From Deltaproteobacteria bacterium (GTDB lineage: Bacteria; Myxococcota_A; UBA796; UBA9615), in assembly GCA_002724675.1 (NCBI GenBank), contig PBPL01000255.1, forward strand, positions 23,553 through 87,552: a DNA stretch of 64,000 nt, in the 5' to 3' direction. Of the stretch, positions 29,401 to 38,521 are shown piece by piece. Numbering within the stretch: position 1 is the stretch's first letter; each line of letters opens with the position of its first letter. The notes beneath the pieces were generated by a model. The model was given only the letters and a program-made list of their open reading frames with translations. It had not been told where the DNA came from and did no database searches. The translations under genes were made by a program, and so were the position numbers.

Positions 29401-30879
29401 GAGTGCGCCGTCGCCATCGTCATCGACCTCGCCTGCTGCATCGGCAGAGGTGTCGTCATCGCAGTCGTTGTCTTGCCCGTCGCACTGCTCGAGGTTGCCG
29501 GGAGCGTTGGCCGGATCGGCGTCGTCGCAGTCGCCCCCGCAGGTCAACACCCCGTCCTGGTCGGCATCCAGCTCGCCCCCGTCGGCATCGGCCAGGCCAT
29601 TGCAGTCGTTGTCCTGGCCATCGCAGACTTCCGAGGCGCCCGGCGTGTTGGCCACATCGGCGTCGTTGCAGTCGGCGCAGCTGAACGAGCCGTCGCCATC
29701 GCCGTCGATCTCGCCCAGCGCATCGGCAAATGTGCCGTCGTCGCAGTCGTTGTCCAGCCCATCGCAGAGCTCGACACCGCCTGGCCGATTGGCAGCGCTG
29801 CTGTCGTCGCAATCCAAACAGCTGAGCGCCCCGTCGCCGTCCGTGTCCTGCTCACCGGCAGCATCCGCGTCGGCCAGGCCGTTGCAGTCGTTGTCCTGGC
29901 CATCGCAGAGCTCGACCGCCCCGACCCAGTTGGCCGGGTCAGCATCGTCACAGTCCCCCGCGCAGACGGCCACCCCGTCGCCATCGAGGTCGTCCTCGCC
30001 GCCCTCGAAGTCGGCCAGGCCATTGCAATCGTTGTCCTGGCCATCGCAGAGTTCGACTGCGCCCGGCGTGTTGGCGACGTCCCCGTCGTTGCAATCCGAG
30101 CACGAAGGGGCGCCGTCGCCGTCGATGTCGTCTTCGCCCTCTTCGAAGTCGGCCAACTCGTTGCAGTCGTTGTCGAGGCCATCGCACAGTTCCACCGCAC
30201 CCGGAAAGCGTGAGGGATTGGCGTCGTCGCAGTCGAGGCAGGCCACCACACCGTCGCCGTCCCCATCCGCTTCATCAGGAGTGCCATCCAGGCCCGAGCC
30301 CAACGCCCCGTCGCAATCGGTATCGAGCCCATCACAGAGTTCGACCGCGCCGGGCAGGACGCTCGCATCGCGGTCGTCGCAGTCGCTGCTGTCGGCCACG
30401 TAGCCCGGTGGCACGACGCAGGCTACGACGCTCTGGGCCGGGTCGCCGGCACCGTCGCCATCGGCATCGGGGTGCCAGCTTGCGGCGTCCGCTGAGCTTT
30501 CGTCGTCGGTCAGGCCGTCGCAGTCGTTGTCGGCCTGGTCGCAGATCTCGACAGCGCCCGGATAGATGGCGGAGTTGTTGTCGTTGCAGTCGACAACCAG
30601 ACCCTCCCCGTCGAGGCTCGCGTGGCCATCCTGGTCTTGGTCCACGCCATCGACCCCGTCGCAGTTGTTGTCGACGCCCGACGCATCCACCGGATCCTCA
30701 GAGCCCGGGTAGACGGCCGGATCGTCGGGAACACAGTCGTCCTGGTCGAGGACGCCGTCGCCGTCAAAATCAAAGAGGTTGCTCCCACCACTGGCCCCGC
30801 AGGAACCGAGGAGCATTGTCAGACAGCACTGCAGAGCCGCAGAGAGAATGGCGGCGCGACGACGGTCTACGGTGTGCAC
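26419..30879 (-). CDS. Giant secreted lipoprotein (1486 aa) with about 12 MopE-type Cys-rich metal-binding repeats, thrombospondin-type-3-like Asp motifs and a 7-repeat FG-GAP (integrin-alpha-like beta-propeller) module
   Basis: Lipobox LLGSCG. Repeated unit DCxDxDxxxxPGAxELCDGxDNDCxG, about 12 copies. Seven copies of GDV(N/D)GDGLxDxLIGA (FG-GAP). A Cys-containing C-terminal domain. Confidence 0.75.
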   Translation of the reverse strand: MHTVDRRRAAILSAALQCCLTMLLGSCGASGGSNLFDFDGDGVLDQDDCVPDDPAVYPGSEDPVDASGVDNNCDGVDGVDQDQDGHASLDGEGLVVDCNDNNSAIYPGAVEICDQADNDCDGLTDDESSADAASWHPDADGDGAGDPAQSVVACVVPPGYVADSSDCDDRDASVLPGAVELCDGLDTDCDGALGSGLDGTPDEADGDGDGVVACLDCDDANPSRFPGAVELCDGLDNDCNELADFEEGEDDIDGDGAPSCSDCNDGDVANTPGAVELCDGQDNDCNGLADFEGGEDDLDGDGVAVCAGDCDDADPANWVGAVELCDGQDNDCNGLADADAAGEQDTDGDGALSCLDCDDSSAANRPGGVELCDGLDNDCDDGTFADALGEIDGDGDGSFSCADCNDADVANTPGASEVCDGQDNDCNGLADADGGELDADQDGVLTCGGDCDDADPANAPGNLEQCDGQDNDCDDDTSADAAGEVDDDGDGALSCVDCDDSDASNTPGAAELCDGEDNDCNGLADAEDGEEDGDGDGMMGCAGDCDDADSANFLGGNEACDGQDNDCDGGPGSYETDADEDGHMPCEGDCNDESATMGANFPELCDGLDNDCDGLVPDQELDGDSDEVMACDGDCDDANFHVRPDAAELCDGLDTDCDPTTWADAGQEQDLDGDGDPSCSDCDDSDGTVETLDVDGDGVSSCALDCDDGTLGLYTYPGAADLHGDTIDQNCDGIDGIDDDGDGWPDNATPTHPDWDCDPDDPSVHPNPDSLDLIDVEEIDSNCDGIDGVDSDGDGWASGDSGGEDCDDDDPLINLSVFDPWDELDANCDGSQGVDADGDGYAQNAPGSEQDCNDVDPDVYPGSNLGWETPNVDGDINCDGILGTSLALIEPLFVGEVELDDSGQSAVAAGDVNGDGLGDLLIGSPDHSEYQIEGGKAYLVLGREDGAAWSEDLGDAHAIFIGDDVAYGQVGYSVSSAGDVDGDGLSDVLIGAPGDDDAFPATAGSAYLLFGSALGAGGVFPLSEAAVTILGEELYDYFGNSVAGAGDVDGDGLADLLIGAPGSDADEDQAGRSYLFLGSSVMAWLSAGPSAPLDASDADLVISGSDEYSESGWAVDGAGDVDGDGLADVLIGAPADYVDDEYGKAYLILGATSMPRLGGGMSLSEADVALIGQQGATAGNSLATAGDVNGDGLSDILIGAEEDATAHHRGGATYLVFGRTTGFPADYDLLSADVVLLGENMFDYSGTSVSSAGDVDGDGLDDVVIGANGNDDVGSRTGKTYLFYGSDLLAGGTFSLSEAGAAFVGEGHYDRSGTSVATAGDVNGDGLSAMLIGADQDDSDLPDSNPGRTYLVHSPFEPPAYAGLWRLSPFVNYTCDSGSVGVVVEQLHATYRPTYAAIDPAVIAGAYELTMASHTAHPGTLEGGFVSPDVFLVERTRLVNHGACTATWSLAGSFTGADALAGDVSIQFTGDCSDCVDGSWSVTASR
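28900..30610. repeat. Tandem, imperfect coding repeats (about 130–150 nt period) encoding the MopE-type modules
   Basis: Recurrent nucleotide strings such as gtcgttgtcctggccatcgcagagctcgac(c/t)gc and ccattgcagtcgttgtc repeat at roughly regular spacing on the + strand. Confidence 0.7.
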
Positions 30880-30959
30880 GGTGTGAATTCTAGCCTGCGG
30901 GACCTGAGTAGGATCGCAACAAAAACCCGAACGACACCCCTGGCTGGCACGTCAGCCGA

Positions 30960-31535
30960 TCACCACAGCGCCTCCACCCGATCAGGCTCCACATCCCAGT
31001 CGGGGTGCAGTCGGTTGACCCGCTCGAAGGCGCAGCGTCGGCAACGAAAGGTGACCCGGACCTCGCCCCCAGCGACCACCTGATCGTGGGGGTCCATGAG
31101 GCCGTGGCAGTCGGAGGCGCGATCGCCCGGAACAGGACCATCCACGTGCTGGCTGCGCAGGCACCGAGGGCAGTGGTTGCGCACCCCAGCTCCCGGGGCC
31201 TCGGGCACGAGGAAGCCACAGTGACCACATAAAAAGGACTCGTTCCGGGCGATGGGGTTACTGCGCTCCCTGGCTGCCTCCTGGCGCCCCATAGCCCACC
31301 GCAGCAGACGGCCGGCCGGGTCATCGGGGGTGGCGTCACCCCCAAGGCTCTCAGCCAGAGCTCGCTTGACCGCCGAGCCTGCTGTGGTCTCCAGGGCAGC
31401 AGCAACGGCCTTGCGGGCCGAGAGGCTAGCGGCTGCCAGCTCCACGAAGTAAGCACTGGCTTCGCCTCGCTCCAGCCCGGCGACGGCGTCCTGCCAGACG
31501 CCGTGATCCGCGCCCTTGCCGGGCCCACTGCCCAC
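30960..31535 (-). CDS. RNHCP-domain zinc-ribbon protein
   Basis: The C-terminal half contains CGHC…RNHCPRC…CHG…CRRC, i.e. the literal RNHCP motif plus paired CxxC. Start codon uncertain (an internal Met at residue 82 is also possible). Confidence 0.5.
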   Translation of the reverse strand: MGSGPGKGADHGVWQDAVAGLERGEASAYFVELAAASLSARKAVAAALETTAGSAVKRALAESLGGDATPDDPAGRLLRWAMGRQEAARERSNPIARNESFLCGHCGFLVPEAPGAGVRNHCPRCLRSQHVDGPVPGDRASDCHGLMDPHDQVVAGGEVRVTFRCRRCAFERVNRLHPDWDVEPDRVEALW

Positions 31536-31544
31536 TTGCGCTCC

Positions 31545-33284
31545 TCAACCCCAGCCAGGCCCGCGCTGGCCCGAGCCGTACTTGGGCGGCACGCGTCGCC
31601 TGGGATCGTCGGGGGTGGTCACCACGTACAGGATCCAGCCGTAGCCACCCTCTGCAATGGGCGGAGTCTGATCCACCGGGGTGATGGTCACCGGGCCAGC
31701 CTGCACCGCCTCCCCTTCGGCGAGAAAGGGAGCGATGGTCAGGGACTCGGTCCAGTCCTCCTCAAACCACACGAGGTAGTGAATCCCTTCGTCCCGCAAG
31801 AAGCGTCCCACCCGGTCCAGGTAGAGGCGCTGCACCCGCTCGGGTCGGTCGTCCCAGGTGACGGTGTCGGGGCGAGTCAGGATCTGCTGCTCGAGATCGG
31901 ATCCCGGGCCCGCGAGCTTCATCTCTTCTTCGGGCGATACCCGAACCCGGTCGGGCAGTAGCCACCAGGAGTAGACACGCAGAGGCCCCGGCTGTCGCTT
32001 CAGCCAGACCTCGGGGATGCTCGACACCAAGACGCCCGTGCCCGGCTCCAGGCTCTGCTCCATCCAGCGGGACAGCTCTAGCTGGGGGCGATACCAGCGC
32101 TCGGCGCGCTCCATCTGGTAGCCGGCCTCGGCCGCGAACTGGGGGAGGGGAGCCAGGAGGACGACGAGGAACACAGCGGGCCGGAGCACATGGGGGCCGT
32201 GACGCAGCCGACGGTCCACGACGTTCCAGCCGCCAGCCGCCAGCAACGCCACAAAGGGAATGGCCGGCAGCAGCCACACCCAGTAGAGGTTGTGGTTGGG
32301 GTCGTGGTGAGCCAGAAAGCCCTCGAACAGCCAGCCTCCCAAGGCAAAGAAGGCATAGACCACCACTGCCCGCGCGCCCGGTCGGCCGTGGCCGCGCCAT
32401 ACGGCGAGCGACCCTAGAGCCGCCAGCCCGAGCACCACCCACCCCAGCTTGCGCGGGAGTGTCCAGGTCAGGAGGTCCCAAGACGTGCCGAGCCCCTGGG
32501 TGGCCCAGGCCAAGAGATCGACCTGATCGGCGCCGTGCACATCGGGGGCCAGATTGACCCCAAACGGACCGAGGAAGAAGACAGTGCCCCAGCAGCGATG
32601 GAGATCCTGCAGGTCGAACTCGACACCGAGGCAGCGCTCCTGAACCAGGCTGATATAGGCCTGCCAGCCGATGACCACCCCCAGCAAGAGCCCGAGAGGC
32701 ACGGCCAGTGTTCGGAGCCGGTGCCCCTGGTCGCGGATCCAAGCCCACAAGGCGGGGCCATAGAACAAGAAGAAGCCTTCCATCCGCACGAGAAAGGCCG
32801 CGGCCGTCAGTCCAAAGGCCCGGTCCCGAGAGCCCCAGATCAGCAGAGCCATGCCCAAGAAGGCCAGGGAGACGAACACCGGAGATCGCAGCGTCGAGGA
32901 CCCGTAGAGCGCCATCTCGGGCTGGCACACTAGCCACAGACCCACCAGCCAACCTGTAGCGGGGCTAAACAGCTTGCGCGCCAACAGGGCAGCCACAGCC
33001 ACATTGACGGAAGAGAACAAGAGAGTCATGCCCAGGGCGGAGGCCCTCGCATCCGACTCCAGCAGCCGGGCCAGGGCACCCAAGCTGTACCAGCCGGGCA
33101 TGTGGGTGGAGCGGAACCAGGTAAATCGGGAGTCCAAGACCTCCTGAATCATCATGAGGTTGCCGTAGTCCCCCTCTTCCCAGCCGTAGTAGCGGGCAGA
33201 GAGCACGAGACGCACCAGCGCCGCCACGGCAAGAAGGACCAGAAACTGGATGAGGGCGCGGTGCCGCTCGGAGAGGCTGACCAC
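31545..33284 (-). CDS. Multi-pass membrane protein, GT-C-fold glycosyltransferase-like (PMT/ArnT/DUF2079-like), with a C-terminal soluble domain
   Basis: About 10 hydrophobic helices in the first 400 aa. A hydrophilic C-terminal roughly 170 aa. Assignment is by architecture only. Confidence 0.45.
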   Translation of the reverse strand: MVSLSERHRALIQFLVLLAVAALVRLVLSARYYGWEEGDYGNLMMIQEVLDSRFTWFRSTHMPGWYSLGALARLLESDARASALGMTLLFSSVNVAVAALLARKLFSPATGWLVGLWLVCQPEMALYGSSTLRSPVFVSLAFLGMALLIWGSRDRAFGLTAAAFLVRMEGFFLFYGPALWAWIRDQGHRLRTLAVPLGLLLGVVIGWQAYISLVQERCLGVEFDLQDLHRCWGTVFFLGPFGVNLAPDVHGADQVDLLAWATQGLGTSWDLLTWTLPRKLGWVVLGLAALGSLAVWRGHGRPGARAVVVYAFFALGGWLFEGFLAHHDPNHNLYWVWLLPAIPFVALLAAGGWNVVDRRLRHGPHVLRPAVFLVVLLAPLPQFAAEAGYQMERAERWYRPQLELSRWMEQSLEPGTGVLVSSIPEVWLKRQPGPLRVYSWWLLPDRVRVSPEEEMKLAGPGSDLEQQILTRPDTVTWDDRPERVQRLYLDRVGRFLRDEGIHYLVWFEEDWTESLTIAPFLAEGEAVQAGPVTITPVDQTPPIAEGGYGWILYVVTTPDDPRRRVPPKYGSGQRGPGWG

Positions 33285-33417
33285 GGCCGCATCCTAGCCG
33301 GGATCGTCGTCTGGTGCCGTGGGGCGTCGGCATCACCCAGCCTCACACCGCCCCGTGCCAGAGATCCCGCGAGTACACCCTTGACCCCACCGCGAGCGAC
33401 ATTAGGTTCAGGCCACG

Positions 33418-34902
33418 ATGACGATGTCGGCCCATGAAGTGAGCTCTCAGCTCATGGACCAGATGATGGATGAGGGCCTACTGCCGGACCCCGACGGCGT
33501 GGCCGTGATCGCTGTGTCGGGTGGGCTCGACAGCACCGCCTTGGCCCGTCTCTTGGGCCCGCCGCTGGCTCGAGCTGGGGTCGAGGTCCACCTGGCCCAT
33601 GTGGCGCATGGACTGAGGGGCGCTGAGTCCGAGGAGGACTGGAGCTTTGTGGACGCGCTGGCGCGGGATCTGGGCCTCCCAGTCCATCGACTGGAGGGCT
33701 CGGTAGCCCCCGAGCGCACACGAGCCATCGGCGTCGAGGGGGCTGCCCGAGAGGTGCGATACAACGCACTGGCGGACCTGGCAAATCGACTGGGCGCATC
33801 CAGCATCTACCTGGGACACCACCGGGACGATCAACTGGAGACCCTGATCCTCCGCCACCATGAAGGGGTTCCCGCCGCACGCAACGCAGCCATGCCCGCT
33901 CGTCGTGGCCGGATCTGCCGGCCTCTACTGGGCATGAGTCGAGCCCACCTCCATGCTCTGGGGAAAACCGAGAGGTGGGGTTGGCGCAACGACTCGTCCA
34001 ATGGGGATCTTCGCTTCGCGCGCAACCGGGTTCGGCACGAGCTGCTGCCTGCGCTTCGGCGAGAATCGCCCGACGCCTTGGAGACTGTCCTGAGGCTGGG
34101 GCAAGCGGCCCTGTCGGGACGTGCAGCGCTGGAGGTCCAGCTGCCCGAAGCGCGACAGAGAGTCGCGCGGCGCGACGGGCCGGAGCGCTGGCGCCTAGAC
34201 CGTGCGGAGGTGGCTTCGCTCGAAGACGACCTGGCCATTCTCTTGTTCCAGTCGCTCTGTGGTGGCCCCCACCGCTGTGACCGGCCTCCCAGTCGCCAGG
34301 CTCTCCTGCTCCTGCTCGCTGGGGTGCGTGCTGGTGGCAGGGCGCGCCTGTTTGCGCTGGGGGCTGGTTGGTTCGCGCGGGTGGAGGGGAATATCGTCTT
34401 GTTGTCGCCCCAGCCCATAGGCTACGAAGAGTCGGGCGCGGGCAGCCAGGACAACCAGGATCTGCCGCAGGCCGTGTGCACCACGAGCCTCTCGGCGACC
34501 GAGGCGCAGCTGGTTCTAGACAGTGCCGACGCGCCGGGCCGGGAGCTCGCAGTCTTTGACTGGGAACGCGTTCGACACCCCCTGCGCACGGTGGAGACGG
34601 GCAGCGGCAGGTGGATGCAGCCCTACGGCATGGCAGGGCGCCGCAAGCTCCGCGACCTCCTGGCAGAGGCCGGCGTACCCCGGTCCGAGCGGGCATCCTG
34701 GCCCGCGGTGGTCGACGCCCGAGGAGAGGTCCTCTGGCTGCCCGGGATCCGAGCATCGGCAGAAGCATCTCTGCAACCCACTTCCGAGCGAGCCCTCTTG
34801 CTGTACACTACGGCGCCTCGCCTGCTCGCGTGCGTCCGCACGCGAGACCTTACTATTGGGGCGAGTCCACAATCACAGGCCTTCGAGAACATCGGAGGCT
34901 AG
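33418..34902 (+). CDS. tilS: tRNA(Ile)-lysidine synthetase
   Basis: PP-loop [14 protein letters not shown]. Conserved position upstream of ftsH. Confidence 0.85.
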   Translation: MTMSAHEVSSQLMDQMMDEGLLPDPDGVAVIAVSGGLDSTALARLLGPPLARAGVEVHLAHVAHGLRGAESEEDWSFVDALARDLGLPVHRLEGSVAPERTRAIGVEGAAREVRYNALADLANRLGASSIYLGHHRDDQLETLILRHHEGVPAARNAAMPARRGRICRPLLGMSRAHLHALGKTERWGWRNDSSNGDLRFARNRVRHELLPALRRESPDALETVLRLGQAALSGRAALEVQLPEARQRVARRDGPERWRLDRAEVASLEDDLAILLFQSLCGGPHRCDRPPSRQALLLLLAGVRAGGRARLFALGAGWFARVEGNIVLLSPQPIGYEESGAGSQDNQDLPQAVCTTSLSATEAQLVLDSADAPGRELAVFDWERVRHPLRTVETGSGRWMQPYGMAGRRKLRDLLAEAGVPRSERASWPAVVDARGEVLWLPGIRASAEASLQPTSERALLLYTTAPRLLACVRTRDLTIGASPQSQAFENIGG

Positions 34903-34913
34903 GCTGTAACACG

Positions 34914-36737
34914 ATGAAGAATCAGGCCCACCGAACATTTGCCTTCTGGCTCTTCCTTCTCCTCTTGGTCTTGCTGCTGCTTGCGGTGGTGAAAGAGAAG
35001 GGGAATCAACGAGCAGAGTCCATTCCCTGGACCGAGTTCGAGGCAGCCATATCGAGCAATGACGTCGAATCCATCGAGGTGTCTGGGGACGAACAGATCA
35101 CCGGCTACCTCACGGACGGCACCGAGTTTGTGACACGCGGTCCTGTGCGCGGTGATGTGGCCCAGGAGAAGCTCAAGGAGTCGTCGGTCAAGGTCGAATA
35201 CAAGGAATCCCGCGACCGAGGCTGGGGTGCGGCACTGTTCCAGTGGCTGCCGCTGCTCTTCTTCGTGGTCTTCATTGTGTTCATCCTGCGGCAGCTCCAA
35301 GTGGGCGGCGGCAAGGCCATGCAGTTCGGCAAGAGCAAGGCCCGCATGCTCAACGAGAGCAGCAAGGTGGTCACGTTCGAGGACGTGGCCGGAGTCAATG
35401 AGGCCAAGGAAGAACTGGAGGAGATCGTCTTCTTCCTGAAGTCACCCAAGAAGGTGACTCGCTTGGGCGGTCGCATTCCCAAGGGCGTGCTGCTCATGGG
35501 CCCTCCGGGCACGGGCAAGACACTGCTCGCACGAGCCATCGCGGGCGAGGCGGGCGTGCCCTTCTTCACCATCTCCGGCTCGGACTTTGTCGAGATGTTC
35601 GTCGGGGTGGGGGCCTCCCGAGTGCGGGATCTCTTCGAACAGGGCAAGAAGAATGCCCCCTGCATCGTGTTCATCGACGAGATCGATGCTGTGGGACGAC
35701 ACCGCGGCGCCGGTCTGGGCGGGGGTCACGACGAGCGGGAACAAACCCTCAACCAGCTCCTGGTGGAGATGGACGGGTTCGAGGCCAACGAAGGCGTCAT
35801 CCTCATCGCAGCCACCAACCGACCCGATGTCCTGGATCCGGCGTTGCTCCGACCGGGCCGCTTCGATCGGAGAATCGTCGTGCCCCGCCCGGACCTTGGA
35901 GGGCGCGAGGCCATCCTCGGCATCCACGCCAAGGAGCTGCCCCTGGACGATGAGGTCGACCTCTCCATCATCGCCAAGGGCACACCGGGCTTTACCGGGG
36001 CCGACCTGGCCAACGTCATGAACGAAGCCGCTCTGCTCGCAGCCCGCCGCGAGACCGAGCATGTGTCCATGAAGGACATCGAGAACGCCAAGGACAAGGT
36101 GATGATGGGCGCGGAGCGGCGCTCCATGATGATCAGCGAGGACGAGAAGCGCACGACGGCTTACCACGAGGCAGGCCATGCGCTGGTTGCTGCCGTCTTG
36201 CCCGGCACCGACCCAATTCACCGCGTCACCATTATCCCGCGGGGACGGGCTCTGGGCCTGACTCAGCAGCTGCCCGAGCAAGAGCGATTCACCCGGGACA
36301 GGAGCTATCTGCTCAACAACATCACGATCCTCATGGGCGGACGGGCCGCCGAAGAGGTGGCCCTCGAGCAAGTCACCACGGGCGCAGGCAACGACATCGA
36401 GAGAGCCACTGAGTTGGCTCGCAAGATGGTGTGCGAGTGGGGGATGTCCGATGCGGTGGGCCCGCTCGCCTTCGGCAAGAAGGACGAAGCGATCTTCCTG
36501 GGCAAGGAGATGGGGCAGACCCAAGACTACTCAGAGCAGACCGCCATCGAGATCGACTCAGAGGTGCGGCGCATCGTCACCGAAGGCTATGACAAGGCTC
36601 GCAATATCCTGAGAACTCATGTGCAAGCGCTTCACGATCTGAGCAAGGAACTGCTCGACCAGGAGACGGTGTCGGGGGACGATGTGGTTCGTGTGCTTCG
36701 CTCCTACCTGCCCGATGGCGAAGGCACACCGGCCTGA
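34914..36737 (+). CDS. ftsH: ATP-dependent zinc metalloprotease FtsH
   Basis: N-terminal TM, Walker A GPPGTGKT, second-region-of-homology motif, zinc site HEAGHA. An internal ATG at 34914 is chosen. Confidence 0.95.
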   Translation: MKNQAHRTFAFWLFLLLLVLLLLAVVKEKGNQRAESIPWTEFEAAISSNDVESIEVSGDEQITGYLTDGTEFVTRGPVRGDVAQEKLKESSVKVEYKESRDRGWGAALFQWLPLLFFVVFIVFILRQLQVGGGKAMQFGKSKARMLNESSKVVTFEDVAGVNEAKEELEEIVFFLKSPKKVTRLGGRIPKGVLLMGPPGTGKTLLARAIAGEAGVPFFTISGSDFVEMFVGVGASRVRDLFEQGKKNAPCIVFIDEIDAVGRHRGAGLGGGHDEREQTLNQLLVEMDGFEANEGVILIAATNRPDVLDPALLRPGRFDRRIVVPRPDLGGREAILGIHAKELPLDDEVDLSIIAKGTPGFTGADLANVMNEAALLAARRETEHVSMKDIENAKDKVMMGAERRSMMISEDEKRTTAYHEAGHALVAAVLPGTDPIHRVTIIPRGRALGLTQQLPEQERFTRDRSYLLNNITILMGGRAAEEVALEQVTTGAGNDIERATELARKMVCEWGMSDAVGPLAFGKKDEAIFLGKEMGQTQDYSEQTAIEIDSEVRRIVTEGYDKARNILRTHVQALHDLSKELLDQETVSGDDVVRVLRSYLPDGEGTPA

Positions 36738-36743
36738 TCGATC

Positions 36744-37682
36744 GTGAACCATCTGGCCAGCAGCCCGTTGCCAAGCACCGGGAACGATCCGTCCACTGCA
36801 ACGAAGCCGTTGCTCGAGCCTCGAGCCTTGCGGTGGCGGGATGGGGCTCTCGACTCCACCCGGCCGGCCGTGATGGCCATTGTCAATGTCACCCCCGACT
36901 CCTTCTTCGACGGTGGCCGCTGCTCAGAGCTGGGGCCCGCGCTTGAGCGAGCCTGGGAAGTGGTGGCCGACGGCGCAGACATCTTGGACATCGGCGGCGA
37001 GAGCAGCAGACCCGGAGCGGAGGTCGTGGAGGAGGCTGAGGAACGTCGACGGGTGTTGCCACTCATCGAGGCCTTGGTCAACGGCAACAGGCCCTACCCT
37101 CTGCCCATCTCCATCGACACCACCTCGGCTTCGGTTGCCGATGCGGCGCTGCAATCCGGGGCTTGCATCGTCAACGACATTACGGGGGGGACTCGAGATC
37201 CTCGAATCCTCGACGTCTGCGCAGAACACGGTGCCGGCATCATCCTCATGCACATGCGAGGTACCCCGCGTACGATGCAAGATGACGTGAGCTACAACGA
37301 CCTGGTGGGCGAGGTGACCTCCCACCTCGAGCAATGCTGCAGGGCAGCGACCCGTGCTGGAATCCCCGCTGCCCACCAAGCGGTGGATCCGGGGATTGGC
37401 TTTGGGAAGAGCGCGGCAGGCTGTCTTGAGATCTTGGGTCGCCTTCATGCGCTGGCAGCCTTGGAGCGACCTGTGTTGATCGGAGCTTCTCGCAAGTCGT
37501 TTCTCGGGCGCGCGTTCGGACACGAGGGCGACGAGCGACTCATGGGGTCGGCCATGGCCGCCGGTCTCGCCATCCACCAAGGGGCGTCCATCGTCCGGGT
37601 TCATGACGTGCGCGCGACCCGCCTCGCTGTGGACGTCGCCTCGGGCGTGCGTCGCGCGGGCGCAGGGAGCCGAGGCGCGTGA
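36744..37682 (+). CDS. folP: Dihydropteroate synthase
   Basis: AIVNVTPDSFFDGG matches the DHPS signature (E. coli ILNVTPDSFSDGG). The start may be later than 36744. Confidence 0.85.
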   Translation: MNHLASSPLPSTGNDPSTATKPLLEPRALRWRDGALDSTRPAVMAIVNVTPDSFFDGGRCSELGPALERAWEVVADGADILDIGGESSRPGAEVVEEAEERRRVLPLIEALVNGNRPYPLPISIDTTSASVADAALQSGACIVNDITGGTRDPRILDVCAEHGAGIILMHMRGTPRTMQDDVSYNDLVGEVTSHLEQCCRAATRAGIPAAHQAVDPGIGFGKSAAGCLEILGRLHALAALERPVLIGASRKSFLGRAFGHEGDERLMGSAMAAGLAIHQGASIVRVHDVRATRLAVDVASGVRRAGAGSRGA

Positions 37683-38521
37683 GCGAACTCTTCGGGGCCA
37701 TCAGCCCGCTCGACATCCTCGACATCCTGGTCGTCGCGTACCTGATCTATTGGGTGCTGCTGGTGCTCAAGGGCACCCGAGCGGTGAGGGTCCTCATTGG
37801 CATCTTGCTGCTCGTCGGCCTATATGCGCTGTCCAGCCTGCTCGACCTGTTCACCGTTCACTGGATTCTCGAAGAGGTGAGCATCTACCTCGTGCTGGCG
37901 ATGATTGTCTTGTTCCAGGAGGATATTCGTCGAGGTCTAGCCCGAGTGGCCAAGCCCCTCGTCAGTACTGGCTGGAGACGGGACAACCTGTACGTCTACC
38001 AGGAGATCATCCAAGCCAGCTTTCGGCTCGCTGATCAGGGGAGGGGAGCCATCATCGCCGTCGAGCGCGAGGCCTCGCTGGAAGGTCTGTGCGACCACGC
38101 GCACCGGGTGGATGCCGAGGTGAGCGAGGAGCTCCTGGTCGCCATCTTTCAAGGGTCCAGCCCCATCCACGACGGGGCAGTCATCGTGCAGAAGCAGCGC
38201 ATCGCAGCGGCAGGCTCTTTTCTGCCGTTGTCCACTCGCCCCGATCTGCGACCAGGCCTCGGCACCCGACACCGTGCAGCCCTGGGCGAGTCGGAGGAGA
38301 CCGACTGCATGATCTTCGTGGTCTCCGAAGAGCGCCGGGAGGTCTCCATGGCCTTTCGAGGGACGCTGTACCCCGTAGCAACGCCCGATGAGATGCGCCT
38401 CAAGGTGCAGCTCATGTTGTCCATGGAGGAAGAGGCGGAAGGGGAGACCGAGTCCATCCGATCACTGCGAGAGATCGCACCGGTATCCCCAGAGGCGGCA
38501 GCTCCTGAGGAAGAGCCATGA
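37679..38521 (+). CDS. cdaA: Diadenylate cyclase CdaA (DacA), membrane-bound
   Basis: Three N-terminal TM helices. DAC-domain motifs DGAVI and GTRHRAA. GTG start overlapping the folP stop. Confidence 0.85.
   Translation: MSELFGAISPLDILDILVVAYLIYWVLLVLKGTRAVRVLIGILLLVGLYALSSLLDLFTVHWILEEVSIYLVLAMIVLFQEDIRRGLARVAKPLVSTGWRRDNLYVYQEIIQASFRLADQGRGAIIAVEREASLEGLCDHAHRVDAEVSEELLVAIFQGSSPIHDGAVIVQKQRIAAAGSFLPLSTRPDLRPGLGTRHRAALGESEETDCMIFVVSEERREVSMAFRGTLYPVATPDEMRLKVQLMLSMEEEAEGETESIRSLREIAPVSPEAAAPEEEP

Noticed and set aside
28300-30600. Periodic repeats that could superficially look like a CRISPR array
   Set aside because: The repeats are long (>100 nt), imperfect, in-frame and encode the MopE-type protein modules. 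There is no short identical repeat/spacer structure and no cas genes.
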